From Chrysomallon squamiferum (Eukaryota > Animalia > Mollusca): 64,000 nucleotides of DNA. Shown here piece after piece: positions 35,101-49,341 of this stretch. The DNA is taken from assembly GCA_012295275.1 (NCBI GenBank), contig CM022673.1, forward strand, positions 4,836,001-4,900,000. Reading direction: 5' to 3'. Position 1 is the first letter of the stretch. Every line of letters begins with the position of its first letter. Below the pieces are notes generated by a model, which saw only the letters and a list, made by a program, of their open reading frames with translations, did no database searches and was not told where the DNA came from. Position numbers and translations under genes: made by a program.

Positions 35101-38100
35101 TAACTTGATTAATATTATCTAGTTTCTCTTTCAGGTATTATTTAATATAGTTTTATAGTGTTTGGGCATCAAATAATGCTTTTTGAAATCTTTTAAGAAA
35201 AAAAAATTAACACTTCCTGTATTTCTTTTCCTTGTAATCTAAATACAATATTGTATTAAAGCTCATTATTTATTAATCACTGAAATAACATTTGACAGTA
35301 AATGCAGTATACGTAGTATGATTTCACAGTATTTATACATACAGTTTATTATTTCTTTTTTTGTTTTTTCCATATCTCTCACTCTTACATTCATTCATTT
35401 GTTACACCTCCCAGTTTTTTTCTACCTCATACTCAAAATATTTTTAAAATATTAACTTGAGATTAACATGATCTTTTATTTGTGGCTAGTTTTTGGCATG
35501 CTTCCATTAGAGAACTGTTAAGGCTCACCTTTTGTGGACGCAGTGTTTGACTTCATTGAACAATTCTGTACAAGACCAATGTTCTTTCATGGTTTCTCTC
35601 ACAATGTACAGTACCACTCTTGTTTGCATGTGTGGTATTAACAAGCACTTTTCAAGTCAAACAAACTGAACTGTAAACTCATACCAAGCATTGTTCAGCC
35701 ACTGATCTTCATAACCTTTTGACAGTTGAAATTAATGTGTGAAGCTACATTTCAGTTGTTTGAGCATGTTTAATACTTACTAAGACCTTGCAGAACCATT
35801 CTGGTTCCAAGTTGTAGAGTTCCTTTTGAAATGACAAATCTCAGAACGGGTGACTTTCATTATTAGAGGTTATAATAAAGGTTGGGACATTTGTAGTGTA
35901 TAAAGTTTTGCCTGTGAAAAGAGTCAGTAGTTTATTGGACATGTTAATGGATATTTTGAAAAAATTGTTAAGAATATGAAAAGAACAAATCCTTAAATCT
36001 TATCTTGCTTAACATTGTGTGAAGTTGTTAACTAATGATATAGTTGTTAATAGAAGCAGTTATTTATTGAAAGCATTAATGAGGTTTTAAAAATCTCATT
36101 TAAATTATGTGTTAGTATTAAAAAGAAAAAAAATTTCTTCATTTAATATAGTGTTAACAAATTGTTTTCTATGTGAAATTGAATTACAAGTTTGTGTAGA
36201 GACTTTTAAAAAAAAACCAAAACAACAACAAAACTGTGTTCACATGTACTTTTAGATATTACAGCAATGTAATGAAAAATAATATCAAAATATTAAAACC
36301 CAGAAGTACAGGTCTTTAATGCAATACAACCTTTCTTTTAAAAAAAAATAAAGTGCATATTCTTACAGATTACACAATACATCATCTATTAACCTTAGAA
36401 TTTAACCACCTTCAGCAAATTGTTTGTTTTGTTTCTGATTCTTCTTGTAAGCTTTTGTTTAATAGAAGTTACACATTATGGATCAAAATCTGACATGGTC
36501 AGTATGAACAAGTACATTTTTCCACTATTGATGGATCATTGAAATTTGTTCTGGAAGACTGGATACAGGCTGATCAATAACAGTTTGGTTTAGCAGAGAT
36601 TTATTTTTTCCACAATACTCTTGCTATTATACGTTCAACTACTGTAAATAGTCTTTTCTTATTAAATAGTTTTTACTGATCATCATTTATCATGATGGGT
36701 ACAAAAAGAGATATATTTTTTTGACAGATTTATATTCACTAAATGAAATTTTTAAATGATACAAATGTCTGTTGTGTGATGGGTCAAATAAAATTTTAGC
36801 ATTTTAAGCTTGTTAGGTTATAGTGCAAGTTATAATTCAACTTGAATACATAATAAAGCAATTGATAAACCTTTTTTTCTACATGTTAAATTGTATATTT
36901 ACTGTCTTAATGCACTGAATTCAGTTTTATTAAGAAATTTGACTTTTATTTATAGACAGTTATTACATTGGAACTATTATTTTTTTCATTGATAAACTTT
37001 TTAATTTAACTAATTTCCAGAGTGAGTTGCATTAGATTTCATTATTTAGTAAACTTAAGAATTTATTGCTTGCTTGAAATGTTTTATAGGCTGGTTTTAA
37101 GAGCTTTTTTTTGTTGTTGATGCCTTGGAAAGATTCCATTTTGAATTTAATAGCAATAGATGTTTTTTGGTTGAATTTTTTTGTTTTTTAGAAATTCACT
37201 ACTTCTTGTGTTTTGCAACTTATGAATCATTTCTGGGGCTTAATACAGAATTTAGTTGTTACTTTTTTTTAATAATTTATATGTAATTCTACAGTTTTTA
37301 TTCTAAATTGTACAGAACTTTACTTCAGATTTGTATTCTAATGAGTTCTTGTTACCTTCTGAAAATTTCTTTGCTTGGTTTATTTCTGATGGTTTTATGG
37401 CTGTGGCTGTCAAAAAATGGTGTTCATTTTGCATGAATGAAAAGTTGATTGATGAGATATTGGGGTGTTTTCTTTTCATATGATAAAATAGATATTGATA
37501 GGATTAGCCACTGAATTTTCTAAGTACACAAACTAATTCCTTATTAATTGATAGCTTTTTTGTAGCTGTTTTTAATAGCATTTTTGTTGAAAGCAAAACT
37601 ACATGTACATTTACATGTCAAATTTTATTATGAATCAGTATAACTGTTTGATTTTTTAATAGTTATTGACCGAAGGTGGTAAATTTGTAGTGTTTTTTTA
37701 TTTTTATTTTTTTTGAAAGAGTGTTTATTCATCTGTGTAAAGCTATAGAATTTTTTATTTATATTATGTACTTACAGATAAATTAATTTAAGTTTCATTA
37801 AAATTTGGATATATTTGAATTCAACTATTATTTTGAAGTTGACTGTTATTATTAAAGACTGATTATCATTAATTATAAAAGGTATTTAGAAGAAAAATTC
37901 ACCCAACATTTGACAATGATGTTATATGATGAAGTAATAGCATGTTATTTTTATTACTGAATTATTTTTCTGTGTTAAAAATTTGTACAAAACCTTTTTA
38001 TTAACTGAAGATAACATTACATTATATGTGAAGTTAAAAGTGCATATAATGAAAATGCTTGGATGGGGGGAACCCCCAAAATATCTATATCTATACCCAC

Positions 38101-39340
38101 CTAACTAAACTTTCTGGAAAAAATTTAAAAAATAAAATAAAATAAAATAATAATAATAATAAAAAAAATATATAAATAAATAAATAAATAAATAAATAAA
38201 ACTCTTTAAATATGAATAATGAATATATAATACAGAATGTTAAATTCTATGACTATTCTAAGACAGAATATGTTGATCCCAGGCAGGTTTAATACAATCC
38301 TTAAAATAAACTATAACAGTTAATATATCCATTAAGATATAGAGCAGAGTGGAACAATAACAAAAGAGAATATATATAATTCTGTTATGAATTTACAGTA
38401 GTAATTAACCATAACAAAACACTTTTTACAGATCATAGCTATTTTATCAACTTGTAAAATGTGTAAAAAGTTGTAATTGAAAATATAATTATATAAAAAA
38501 AAAACACACAACATACCAGGCTAATTGTCTGAACAAACATAACATGCCATCCATTATAATTAAAAAAGAAAATCAGTTCAGAAATGTACAGTAAAACTAA
38601 CATAAATGAGACACTGGCTACACATTAGTCCTAAAACGAAGGACTTTACTAATTACTTTCTGCTAATTGTAATCCTGATGACAATGTGTTCTGTACTGAT
38701 GAAATTATATTTCTAATGGGGTAATTAATCCTCCCTGTTACTGAAGTTATGAGATAAAACCTACATGAAAGGTTCTTATGGAATCTGACCTTATTTACAT
38801 GCATTGTGCATTAATCTCTCGTTATTAAGCTTGCTTGTTTGGACATGTTGCTCTTGGAGGGAAATCCCGGCCTGCCTGTTTAACACATCCGTCCACCAGA
38901 GCTGATTTTATTGAACAGTTAAATGTATCAGCACATGTGTCATACCTGCAGATTTTCTGAGAGGAAGTTTAATCTTGCAGCTACTTACATGATTAGATAA
39001 TAAGCTTGAAAATTATATTTCCTGTTAAAGCCTTTTGGTCAGTTTTTGTTTTTAAACTGCACTGACAAGGTTAGTTGTGAAAAACAGTTGTTGTTGTGTC
39101 TTTTTCTATCAGACTGCTGTCAGTATTATTTAATAATTTTGTGTTTGGATGGTTTTATTCACTGAAGCTGACTTGCACTGTGTATTTTCCTGTCGTCTGA
39201 TACAGTATTGTTTTACACAGACTGTTAATTCATTGTGGATGACGCAGGCTCATTGTGTTTACCTTCAATCTCCCTGGATATAACTACTAGCCAGTATTTC
39301 CACTCAAACAGACAAGGTAATTTACTGATTATTGATTTTC

Positions 39341-39371
<31 letters not shown>

Positions 39372-40711
39372 TATATGTATACCTGACATTGATTTACTGA
39401 ATCATATAAAGATTTCACTCTTTTGATGTGCTTTATTCTTATTAATTTTTATTTTAAGGTTTTGATATTCTTTCTGATGGAAGATATTTAAATTTTTATT
39501 TCAGAAATATGGTGCAAAGTACTATTAATTCAGGTTTTCTGGATTAATTTAGAACATATACATGTAGTAATAATAATGAAAAAGAGGTGGCTTAAATGTG
39601 ATGACCAGAACTTTAGTGACAGTTCTGAGGAAAAATAATAATTTTTCTCCAGTAATCTTTCTCTCATTACTACAAAATTAGAAGATTTTTAGTTTTTACT
39701 TAATTATTTAATATGCAGTATGTTATTTCTTTTATTATTATTTTTATTATATTAATTTATTTTTATTATATTAATTTTTTTTTATTAATTAATTTATTTA
39801 TTTATTATTATTATTTTTTTTTTAATTATTTTTTTTTTTAATAAATAAATTTATTATTGTTTTATTTACTATTTTTATTTTGTTGCTTTTTTGTTATTTC
39901 TTTTCTTTGCAGCTTATACTGTGTTTTAATTAAAATTTTATACATATTCATATATTTACCTCTGATACCCAGTAGCTGTTGTATTTTGACAAGTGGTATT
40001 GTTAATCATTCAAGCATTCATTCATTCAGATGTTCCCCAGTGTCAAATCACAATATCTTTTATCTGTTATATTTATGAAAGTGGAGATGATTCCCTCTTT
40101 CCTATCATCCATTCTGCAGAAGAAAAAACAACAAAAAACAAAATTATTTTTCATTACATATAGGAATTGCTGCATCAGTATTTATTTTGTAAATACCATC
40201 ACAGACATATATTGTGTACAAAAACAGATATACATTTTGTTGTTGTTGCTGTTTTTATCATCATAAAACCATGCAGGTAGAAAAAACTAAACCCTACATA
40301 GAAACCCAAATCTCTGCCTGCTTCTGTTTACACTACCTTAGCAGTCAACATGAAGCAAGGAGTTCCAGGCTGTGTCCTGAAACTGTAATTGCAAACATAA
40401 GATTATTGATTAGATGATTAAAAATTGCATATTTAATACTAGTTATGAATTCTTCATGAGGACTGGCACAACAGCAGATTGTTTTTCTTAATGTGATTAA
40501 TAAGTTATTTGAACAGTTGGGTCTCACACTTTCTGTTTTTATCTGTCGCCTTTGTGATTGTCATTTCTTGTATGTGCTGTCACTCTTGTTTGTAAAAGTA
40601 TGAGTAAGAAAAGAGTTTTTTTTTTTTTTTTTTTTTTTTTTCTCTTAAATATGGTAATGACAAAGTTATAGATATTTATTAATTAATTTTTAAAAGTTTA
40701 TATTAAATATT

Positions 40712-40747
<36 letters not shown>

Positions 40748-43700
40748 ATATATATATATATAAAATCATGACATTTCCATGGTTGATCTTAGTCACTGGT
40801 TCAAATGGTTTAATGTTTGAATTTAAATAACAATTGTAACTGAAAGCAAAATAAATTGTATGGCATGAGATAGGACAAAGTAACCTTTAACACTGTCTGT
40901 TATATAAACAGAAAACAAAATTAATCATTTTAATTTAAATATAGCCTATTCAGATAAATTAATACATGGCATATATTAAATTAATCTGTCATAATGGTTT
41001 GCACATATTTTTTTCATTTAATCTTTATTTATTTTTCTAATCTTTTATTTCTTTCTGTTTTTATAATAATAATAATAATAATAATAATAGCAACAACAAC
41101 AATAACAATAATAGTGATAATTATAATAATAACAACAATAGGAGTTATAATAACAATAATAATAATAATGTTAAAAAAGCCAGTGCATGTTGTTTTATGT
41201 GATATATATATGATTAAATGGTTTTAATGACAACACTGTTTTTCTGACACAGGGTATACAGTATCTCTAAATTCTCATCGTTACTAAGACCCCTGTGGAG
41301 TATAGAGTGTATTTGGAGCATTAGGCCAATATTTCAAGTAACTAATAGCAGATTAGAACTAAATAATGTATCCCCAGAGCAGAGTCACCTTGGCATGTAC
41401 ATTTGACTTGCACTATCATGTATGACTGTAAAATATAATTATAGCAAAATACAGTCTAAGAGATTTATGAACTGGTTATTGCATATTTAATATATTTTTT
41501 TAAATATATTTTTTGAACTGTTGAATAGAAAACGTACACAATTGTAATATTTATTAATGTTAACTTTGATCTCTGTGGGATTATTATTGTTGTTGTTAAT
41601 GTTTTTATTGTTAATTATTTATTATAATTCAGTAGTTATCTTGCTATTTCTGGAATTCTGGTAAATGTAGTCTCATTCCAATCATGTATCAAAATAAGTT
41701 TTTGTATTAAGGAATCACCTTGATCATTACACAACTCCATCAAATTCTATAAACGTTTTAAAATTTAATTTTTAATTTTTTTTTATTCATAACTATTCAG
41801 TTAGGAAAGGTTTTTCCCACAAGTACTGAATTACAAAGCAAATATCTATAAATAAATAATCATGTTTGTTATATTTGTAAGTCAGTGGTATTCTTATTAC
41901 ACATTAACCAGTGTGTCAGCATTCATATACAGAGTTTTGTTGCCTTATAGCAACAAGTACTTAAATTGTAATTAGTCAAACTACTGCAACAAAATGCTCA
42001 GTGTGGTAGTATAGTAGATGCCATTGCTAGATTTTTATGTCTGAATTTGATAAATGGAAATGACTACTTAGATTTGTGTGTGTAATTTATAAATAACTCT
42101 TGATCTCTCTCACACATGAATACATACACATGCACACACACACACACACACACAAAAAAATATATCTTGATATTAAAAATACATTAACATTATTGTAATA
42201 GCTGATTACAATGTTACTAATGTAATAAAAAAAAATCATCTGAGTTTAAAAATGCTTCATAGGAAATGTTATACAAGCTTTTTTGAAGAAAAAATTTTGA
42301 TATAAAAAATTATATATTTTTTTTTGACAGCTTACTGAAGGCAGTGAATACATTAGTTGACATACTCAAGTGTTTTGTATAGATCTATATCTCAGGCTTC
42401 AGTCTATTTCAGGCTTTACCACTTTCCTGTTTTGTCATGAGTCTAGTCATGTTTGTAGAACACAGACACATTAGTAGTAAAATGAATGTAGACATACTTC
42501 TTAGTCAGAAAGCTTATCTCTATTGCATTTATGTTATCATGAAAGAATGACCAGTCTGGAAGTTTATTAAGTGATTGGTATGACATATAACAGTATTTTT
42601 AAATTCATAAAAGTATTTGGTTTAAAGTTTATTATCATTTATTTATTTTATTTTATTTTATATTATTTTATTATATTTTTTTGACTAAATAAAAACTTGA
42701 GTTACAGAATTATTTACAAATTTCAAACCTGCAAAGAAGCCATAGCTATTCAAATCATAGTTGAATCAAATGTAAATTTGAGTATTTTAAACATTAGGTA
42801 TGGTGCAGTAAACAGGGATGCTATTCTTTTCTTCTTTTTTGCTCCCTTTGTAGATTTTTTTTTTTTTTTTTTTTTGTTGTCCTACTTCCTATTTAATTTT
42901 TTCTTAAAAGCTAAAAGAAAAATCTGAATCAATAAAATGCATCCAGTATTAAATTAATATCTTGCAGCATAAAATAATTATAAGTATTACTTCCATAATC
43001 ATCCTACAACATGCTTAAGCACTGATCTGACAATAATGAAAATTAATTAGTGTGTATTCATATCTGTCACTAAGAACCCGGGTGCATTAGTTGTATCACT
43101 GTTTTATCATGGTTTCTTAGGAAATTTATAAATTACTAATGATGTACAACCCAATTACTTTAGCGATGAACTAAGTCCCCAGTTTCATTCATATACAAGT
43201 TGCATAACAGATGTGAATGTTATACATGTTGCTAAGATGAACAATGATAGCTTAGTCTGATATACTTTGTAGCTATTATAAGACTTGATATTGATTTTCT
43301 TTTCATGGCTTAAGAAATTGGAAATTTTTATGTAAAAAATTATTTTGATGACATGACACACACACACGCATGCACGCACACACACACACACATGTATGCA
43401 CGCATATAAACACCAACAAGGAAATCACAATTTAGTTCATATATTCATAAATTCAATAAATCAGATTATGTTTAATTACATGTGGTAAATGTATCATAAA
43501 CATTTACATCTTTGAAATAAATCTGAGCAATTCTGCCAATATATACTTAATTTTATGAGTTCCTTTTCCTTGATCATTTAATTAATAAAATGAGCATTAT
43601 ATTGTTATAAACAGCAGCATTTTTGAACAGTGATGATGCACTTGCCCCCAGAATAGAACACTATCAATAGTGTAAGTCAAAGTTGTTATTCTAATGATAC

Positions 43701-45496
43701 TTTGTAAGTCTTACCCATAGGAATTACTCAGCTGAATTTATTTCCACTCCATGTTATGAAGAATCAGATTAATCAATGGATGTTACAATCCTTTTAGTTC
43801 CAATAGGTGTATGTTTGTGTTTAGTCCAGACTTGTTCTACTACCTATAGTACAATAGGGGGTGATAAAAAGCAATATGTATACAAGAAATTTATACACAA
43901 ATTTTGTATGTTTACACATTCTAATCAAAAGTATGCTAATAATAACCAATAAAAATGCCCCATTGGGTTGATTCTTTATTGCGTTGCACTCTACAAATTG
44001 TGAAATGGCATTCCAGAAACACTGGCAGTGTTGTTCAAGGGATTTTATTCACATATTCATAATTACAGTCTACTGGTATTTGGCAGTTCTAAGCAAACAT
44101 TCAACCTTCATGATCATTAATAAGTTCAGTTGAAAGACTTTTCATTATACACTTGTGGGGGCCTTTAATATTTGATGACACAGTTGGTGCTCTCTGACTT
44201 AATAAAGCCTGTGGATAGATTTAGACTTTTACCTGTACATGTAGGTACATGTAATGGTAGTTCTTAGAAAAATCTTACATCTCAAGTCATGGATGAATTT
44301 TCAGTTCTGGAATTTTGTAGATCATGAGAGAAAAAAAACCGATTTATAACTGAAGTTTCTAAAACTTGTTAAATTTTATTTCAGTTTCGTCCTGAAGACT
44401 GTATTTTGGAAAATTTCTGTTGTGTTGATGAATAATTATTCTAGGATATAATTTTCAGTGTGTTGGAGAATTATGTTTGTCAGCTACTTTTAATAGAAGA
44501 TTGAATTTATACTGGACTTTGCTGTGATCATCATTTGACCAGACAGTTCCAGAGATCAATACATTTGATTATCTTGGTTACACATGATATCAGCATTTTA
44601 TTTTATATTTAAGTGTGCTGATATACTGCTTTTTGTATTGAAAAAAAAAGTCCCACTGAGTAGATACTCAAAAGGAATTTTAAAATTTTCATAAAAATTG
44701 TTTAAAAAGCTGTTTAAATATGTAAAGATTTTTGTTCCTTTTAGGAAACTTATATCCAGTCTCCACTATTCAACAGCATTATCTAAATAAGATTTTATGA
44801 ATGTTCAGTATATGTTTTCCTTCTGAAAGTGTATATCTTCAGCATTGCAAAATATTATGGTGCTAAGCATAAATGGATATAATGATAAGTAATTTACCTG
44901 TTGTAATGTGTTCTTGAGAGCAAACATGTGCTTCAGTCTCCACAAACTGACCAGTTCATCTTGTAGAATAATTCCTGTGTGAAGCAGCATGGCTGTACTG
45001 GGACACTAAGACCTTGACAGAATAATTTTGACTGAGGCCTCTGTCTCTAAAGATTCCTGTTGCTGTCATTGATTGATTTTGAATTTGCCAAACACTCATG
45101 TGTGATTATAGTAATCTACTACAGCTTTCTGTGAGGCTTTTTTTTTTTCATGTCACCATTATGTCTTCTCACAGTTTGGAGTAAAATGTTGCCATTTATA
45201 GAAGCCTTAATTGGAATCTTCATTTTCAAAAAAATTATTTTTTCTTACAAGCAAGAACAAAGTCTTATCTGGTACTGTCTCTAAGGCCAAAGGTTCCTTA
45301 TAGATTGGTGGTATGCTTGGAATAGTGTTCAGCATTAGTATACAAACACATTGTTTGTTTGTGAAACTATCATAGGCTTTGTTTTTTTGGGATAATGGTT
45401 TATTGTCAGTGAAAATGGTACCTAAAACTTGTGCAGTGCTGGAATAACTGTGAAATTAATTTGGTTCGTGGATTAAAAGTAAGATAGCAGTCAGAC

Positions 45497-45592
45497 ATGG
45501 AAAGTTTACATCACTTTAGCGTGACTTGTGATGACAGTGTGTTGATCAGCTGGATGCCTGATGGATTGTTACTGGAATTAGCCAAACAGAAG
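45497..45592 (+). CDS. Candidate alternative first coding exon of a short C-terminal AKAP9/PCNT isoform (MESLHHFSVTCDDSVLISWMPDGLLLELAKQK)
   Basis: gacATGg start context; 32 open codons ending at AAG|gtaata; phase 0 matches the acceptor of the exon at 49225. No homology recognised. Confidence 0.5.
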
Positions 45593-48500
45593 GTAATATG
45601 AGGATCTGTTTTCACCATATTGAATTTTGATATTTGTTTAGAGCAGATGTGCATAAAAATTAACAGTGGTCAATATTTATTATTTTAGTGTTATTTTATA
45701 GTTCTTGTAACATAAATTTTGATATGGGGGGGGTGGGGGAATTAAATAGAATAATATAAATAAAAGACTAGTTTTTCTACTGTATATTTTCAAGATGCTT
45801 ATTTTATTATTATTTGTTGCTTTTTTGTTTTTGTGTCCTTTGTGTTTTTAATAATAAGTATTGATGATGTGTTTGTAGAAAATATTTAAAATAAAAAATA
45901 AATATATATATAAACACATCTTCAAAGTTTAATACTTACTATTTATAAAAACAAACAAAAAAAAAAAAATAATATCTATATTTATCTATCTGTATCTGTC
46001 TATCTATCTATTTATCTATATTTGATATTTATTTATATTATAATTTATTTTCAGAAAACTTAAATAATTATTTTAACCTTTCATGCTTAGGTATATCCTC
46101 TTACTTTATTTCTTAAGTGTAACATTGATAATACTTGGCTGTTCAGTCAGTGAATGTAATACTAACAATACACAACATGTGCATGTAGTTTAAACTGATC
46201 AATCCTATAATCACTATTTGACATCAAGCATTCTTCAGCTTTATTCTATCTGATGTTTAGATTTGTTATTGTATGGGTATATATAAATAATTGTTTTACC
46301 CCAGGCACTTAGAGGGAGACAGCTTAAACTGTTTGTACTGAAAGTTCAGAAGGTTATTTCCTTTCATATTAGTTGTCTTTGAATTATGTATGGAAAGGTA
46401 AATAAAATGAATTACAGGTAACTGTTTATTCAAAACCAGTTGTTACCTATGTTTCATTTATGTAGACTTTCTGTCTGTCTGTCTATTTCTTTCTCTCTGA
46501 GTGTCTTTTTTCTCTTTCTGTTTGAGATGCTTTCTTTCTATCTCTGTTTCTCACACACATAAACATAACATGCACACACATATACCTGAGATTAGAAAAG
46601 TGTTCTAGTGCTATAAATAGTCTATATATTTCCATCAAAGTCTTCTTTTCCAAATGACACCTTCTCAGTGGGGTCATTTAATATAACAATTACTGGCCCA
46701 ACAACTTATTATTAGTAGTATCTTTATTTTCTCATTGCCTTAGGTGAGATACGAGAGCTTTTATTCACAGTCTATGTTGATTATTTCTAATTTCTATTTT
46801 ATCTTGCAAGCATTGTTTTTTTTTTTTTTTTTTTAAATAATAATTAACTTTGACATGTACCTTGTCATACATGTGAAAATTAGAAGAACACAAACCTCTC
46901 ACCCTCACCAAAAAACCCATCTATAACCTATCAAAAAAAAAAATCCAGAGTCTTAGGCACTGCAATTGATTCCTGAATGGTTTTTCAGAATTGAATAGCA
47001 TGACACTGTAGTGAAAAAACTGTGTATAATTATGCATACACAAAACCGACATCAAATCAAGAAAGGTAAACATTGACTGCACACATAAAATACTTGTTCA
47101 CTGTTGCTTGTGCTGCCTTCTTTATTCATGTCAGCACAGCAAATTGTGTTGTGTTGTAACACTGTCAGTTTCCTTGATATTGATTCCAACTTAACGTTGC
47201 TCAGGTGAAAACAAACAGCTACCTGTTCAGCTGCATTATTAATATAATTGTTGTGTTTTCAATAGTTGACAAAAACAGGAAATAAAAGCTTTATATAAAA
47301 GAGGGGGTGAAAATATATGTTTAAATAATTTTGTTAAAGTGGTGTATTATTTTTAACCTTAATATGAGTAAAAGTACCACTTTGAAGTCCATCTCAGCAT
47401 TAGGTTATTTTCTGTTAAAGGTTTTGAAGATATAGACTGGAAATTAATTAAATTAACTGAATTTACAATGATCTTAGTTTTCAGCATTAGAAGAAAACTG
47501 GAAATAACCAAACTTTAGATAAAAGGGGCAGAAAACAATATATAATTTTGTTAAAATGATAATCTTGGTCTTATTTTAAAACTTAATCTTAATAAAATTG
47601 CCACTTTGAAGATTGTTAGCTTAGTTTATCTTGGTATTGTTTTCTGTTGAAGATGTTGAGGGGAAATGAATTTTTGTAGTGAAGGTAGTTTGAATCTTTT
47701 TAAATCTTTTGAGTTCACTGGTAACTAATAATAGTGTAAGATACTGCATAGTTGTGTTTTAAATGGTGATTGATATATAAGCATTTTTGTATGTAACTTC
47801 ATTTCATAATGCTTACATAATTGTGACTGGTTTTTTTAGTTTCTGAAAAAAGCATTTGTGTTATGTGGTAAGTAATTTATTTAGATATGGATGTTTCTTT
47901 TCTTTTATGTATGAGACTTACATATATATATATTTATATTTATATATTAGTCTTTATCCACAAAGTAAAATAAACCTATAAACTAGGTTTATTTTAAAAA
48001 TACGACAATTTAACATGCGCGAAATCATATACTTGTTTATTTATTTATAAAAAAAAAAAAAAAAAAAAATTATAAAGCAGGATTATTTTGTTTTCTATAC
48101 TGTGGATATTGTTGCAACACCATAATTTAACCTGAATAAAAACACAGGTACCTTATATCTGATAGTTATGAATCTTTTTGGTCAGCTGTTTAGTATGTGT
48201 AAGCTGTTTGCTTGTGTACTTGATAGGTCTTTCCACACATTTGTTATGCAGTGTAAGAATGTTATCGCCATATTACAAATACTTGAACACAACAGAAAAA
48301 TGGTTCTTATTATTTGCAGTGACATGATCATAACAGTTATATGAATCTTATCTTTTATTCTTTTCATGTGTAATGTGCCATTATTATATTGTATAGTATT
48401 GTTTACTGAAAGCTTTATTTTTCTTTAATTTATTTCTTCTTTCTTCTCTCTTCTTAAAAATGAGAGATCATTTTTCTTTTTTCTCTTTTTTTGTGTGTGT

Positions 48501-49224
48501 GTGTTTAATAATACATTTTAAATTGGAAAAATAAAACTTTGCTTTGTTTTAATTTATACTCAGAGATAAAATACCTCTCAAGTATTTTAAATAGTAATAA
48601 AAAAAATAGACTAAATAAATAAATAAAATGTTTCATTTGGATATTTAATGTTAGAATAAATTACTTTTTAAATATATTTTTGGAATATATATGAAATTAG
48701 CTTTCTTTATTTTTTTTTTTTTCCCCCTACTTTTATGATCTAGCTTTATTTTAAAGCATACTTTTCTCTCTTCACAATCTCAGACTCAAGTATCTAAATA
48801 GAAATATATTTTGAGCATTAATGTTTTTATATATTTTACTATTTATTGATTTATTCTTGTTTTTCATTTCTTTTAATAAAACCAGTGAGATGAATGTTTT
48901 ACCTGGAATTAAATTAATGCTTAAATAATTGCATTTTTATTTTTAATTTGCTGATAAATTTTGGAGAAATTATTGTTTTTGATTAATAATGATGTTGTTG
49001 TTGACAGAAAAATGAGAAGCCAGAGGGATCAGGATATATGGCCTGAAACTGTAATTGCAGTTGTTTAAAATGTTGTTGTTGTTGTTGTTACTTCTATTGC
49101 TATTATTAATATTACAACAACTACTTCTACTACTACTACTACTATTATTATTATTATTATCATTATCATTAATTTAATTATTAATGTTATTACCAAAGAC
49201 ATATAAGAATGTTTTTACTTTCAG

Positions 49225-49341
49225 CTGGAGAGTTTGCGGAGTCAGTATGAAACACAGATGGATTCACTTCGACAAGAGCTCGCAGCTGAGAAAGAACAGA
49301 AACATCACAACTACCTAGTTCTTCAGGACACTCACAAAGAG
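49225..49341 (+). CDS. AKAP9: AKAP9/PCNT-like exon 9 (LESLRSQYETQMDSLRQEL...THKE)
   Basis: tttcag| ... GAG|gtatat; 117 nt. Confidence 0.88.

Noticed and set aside
41939-41954. X-box-like GTTGCC-ttat-AGCAAC
   Set aside because: The 4-nt spacer exceeds the usual 0-3 nt, and it is not near a supported TSS.
46386-46397. MYGK|gtaaat phase-0 micro first exon
   Set aside because: Four codons are too short to distinguish from chance.
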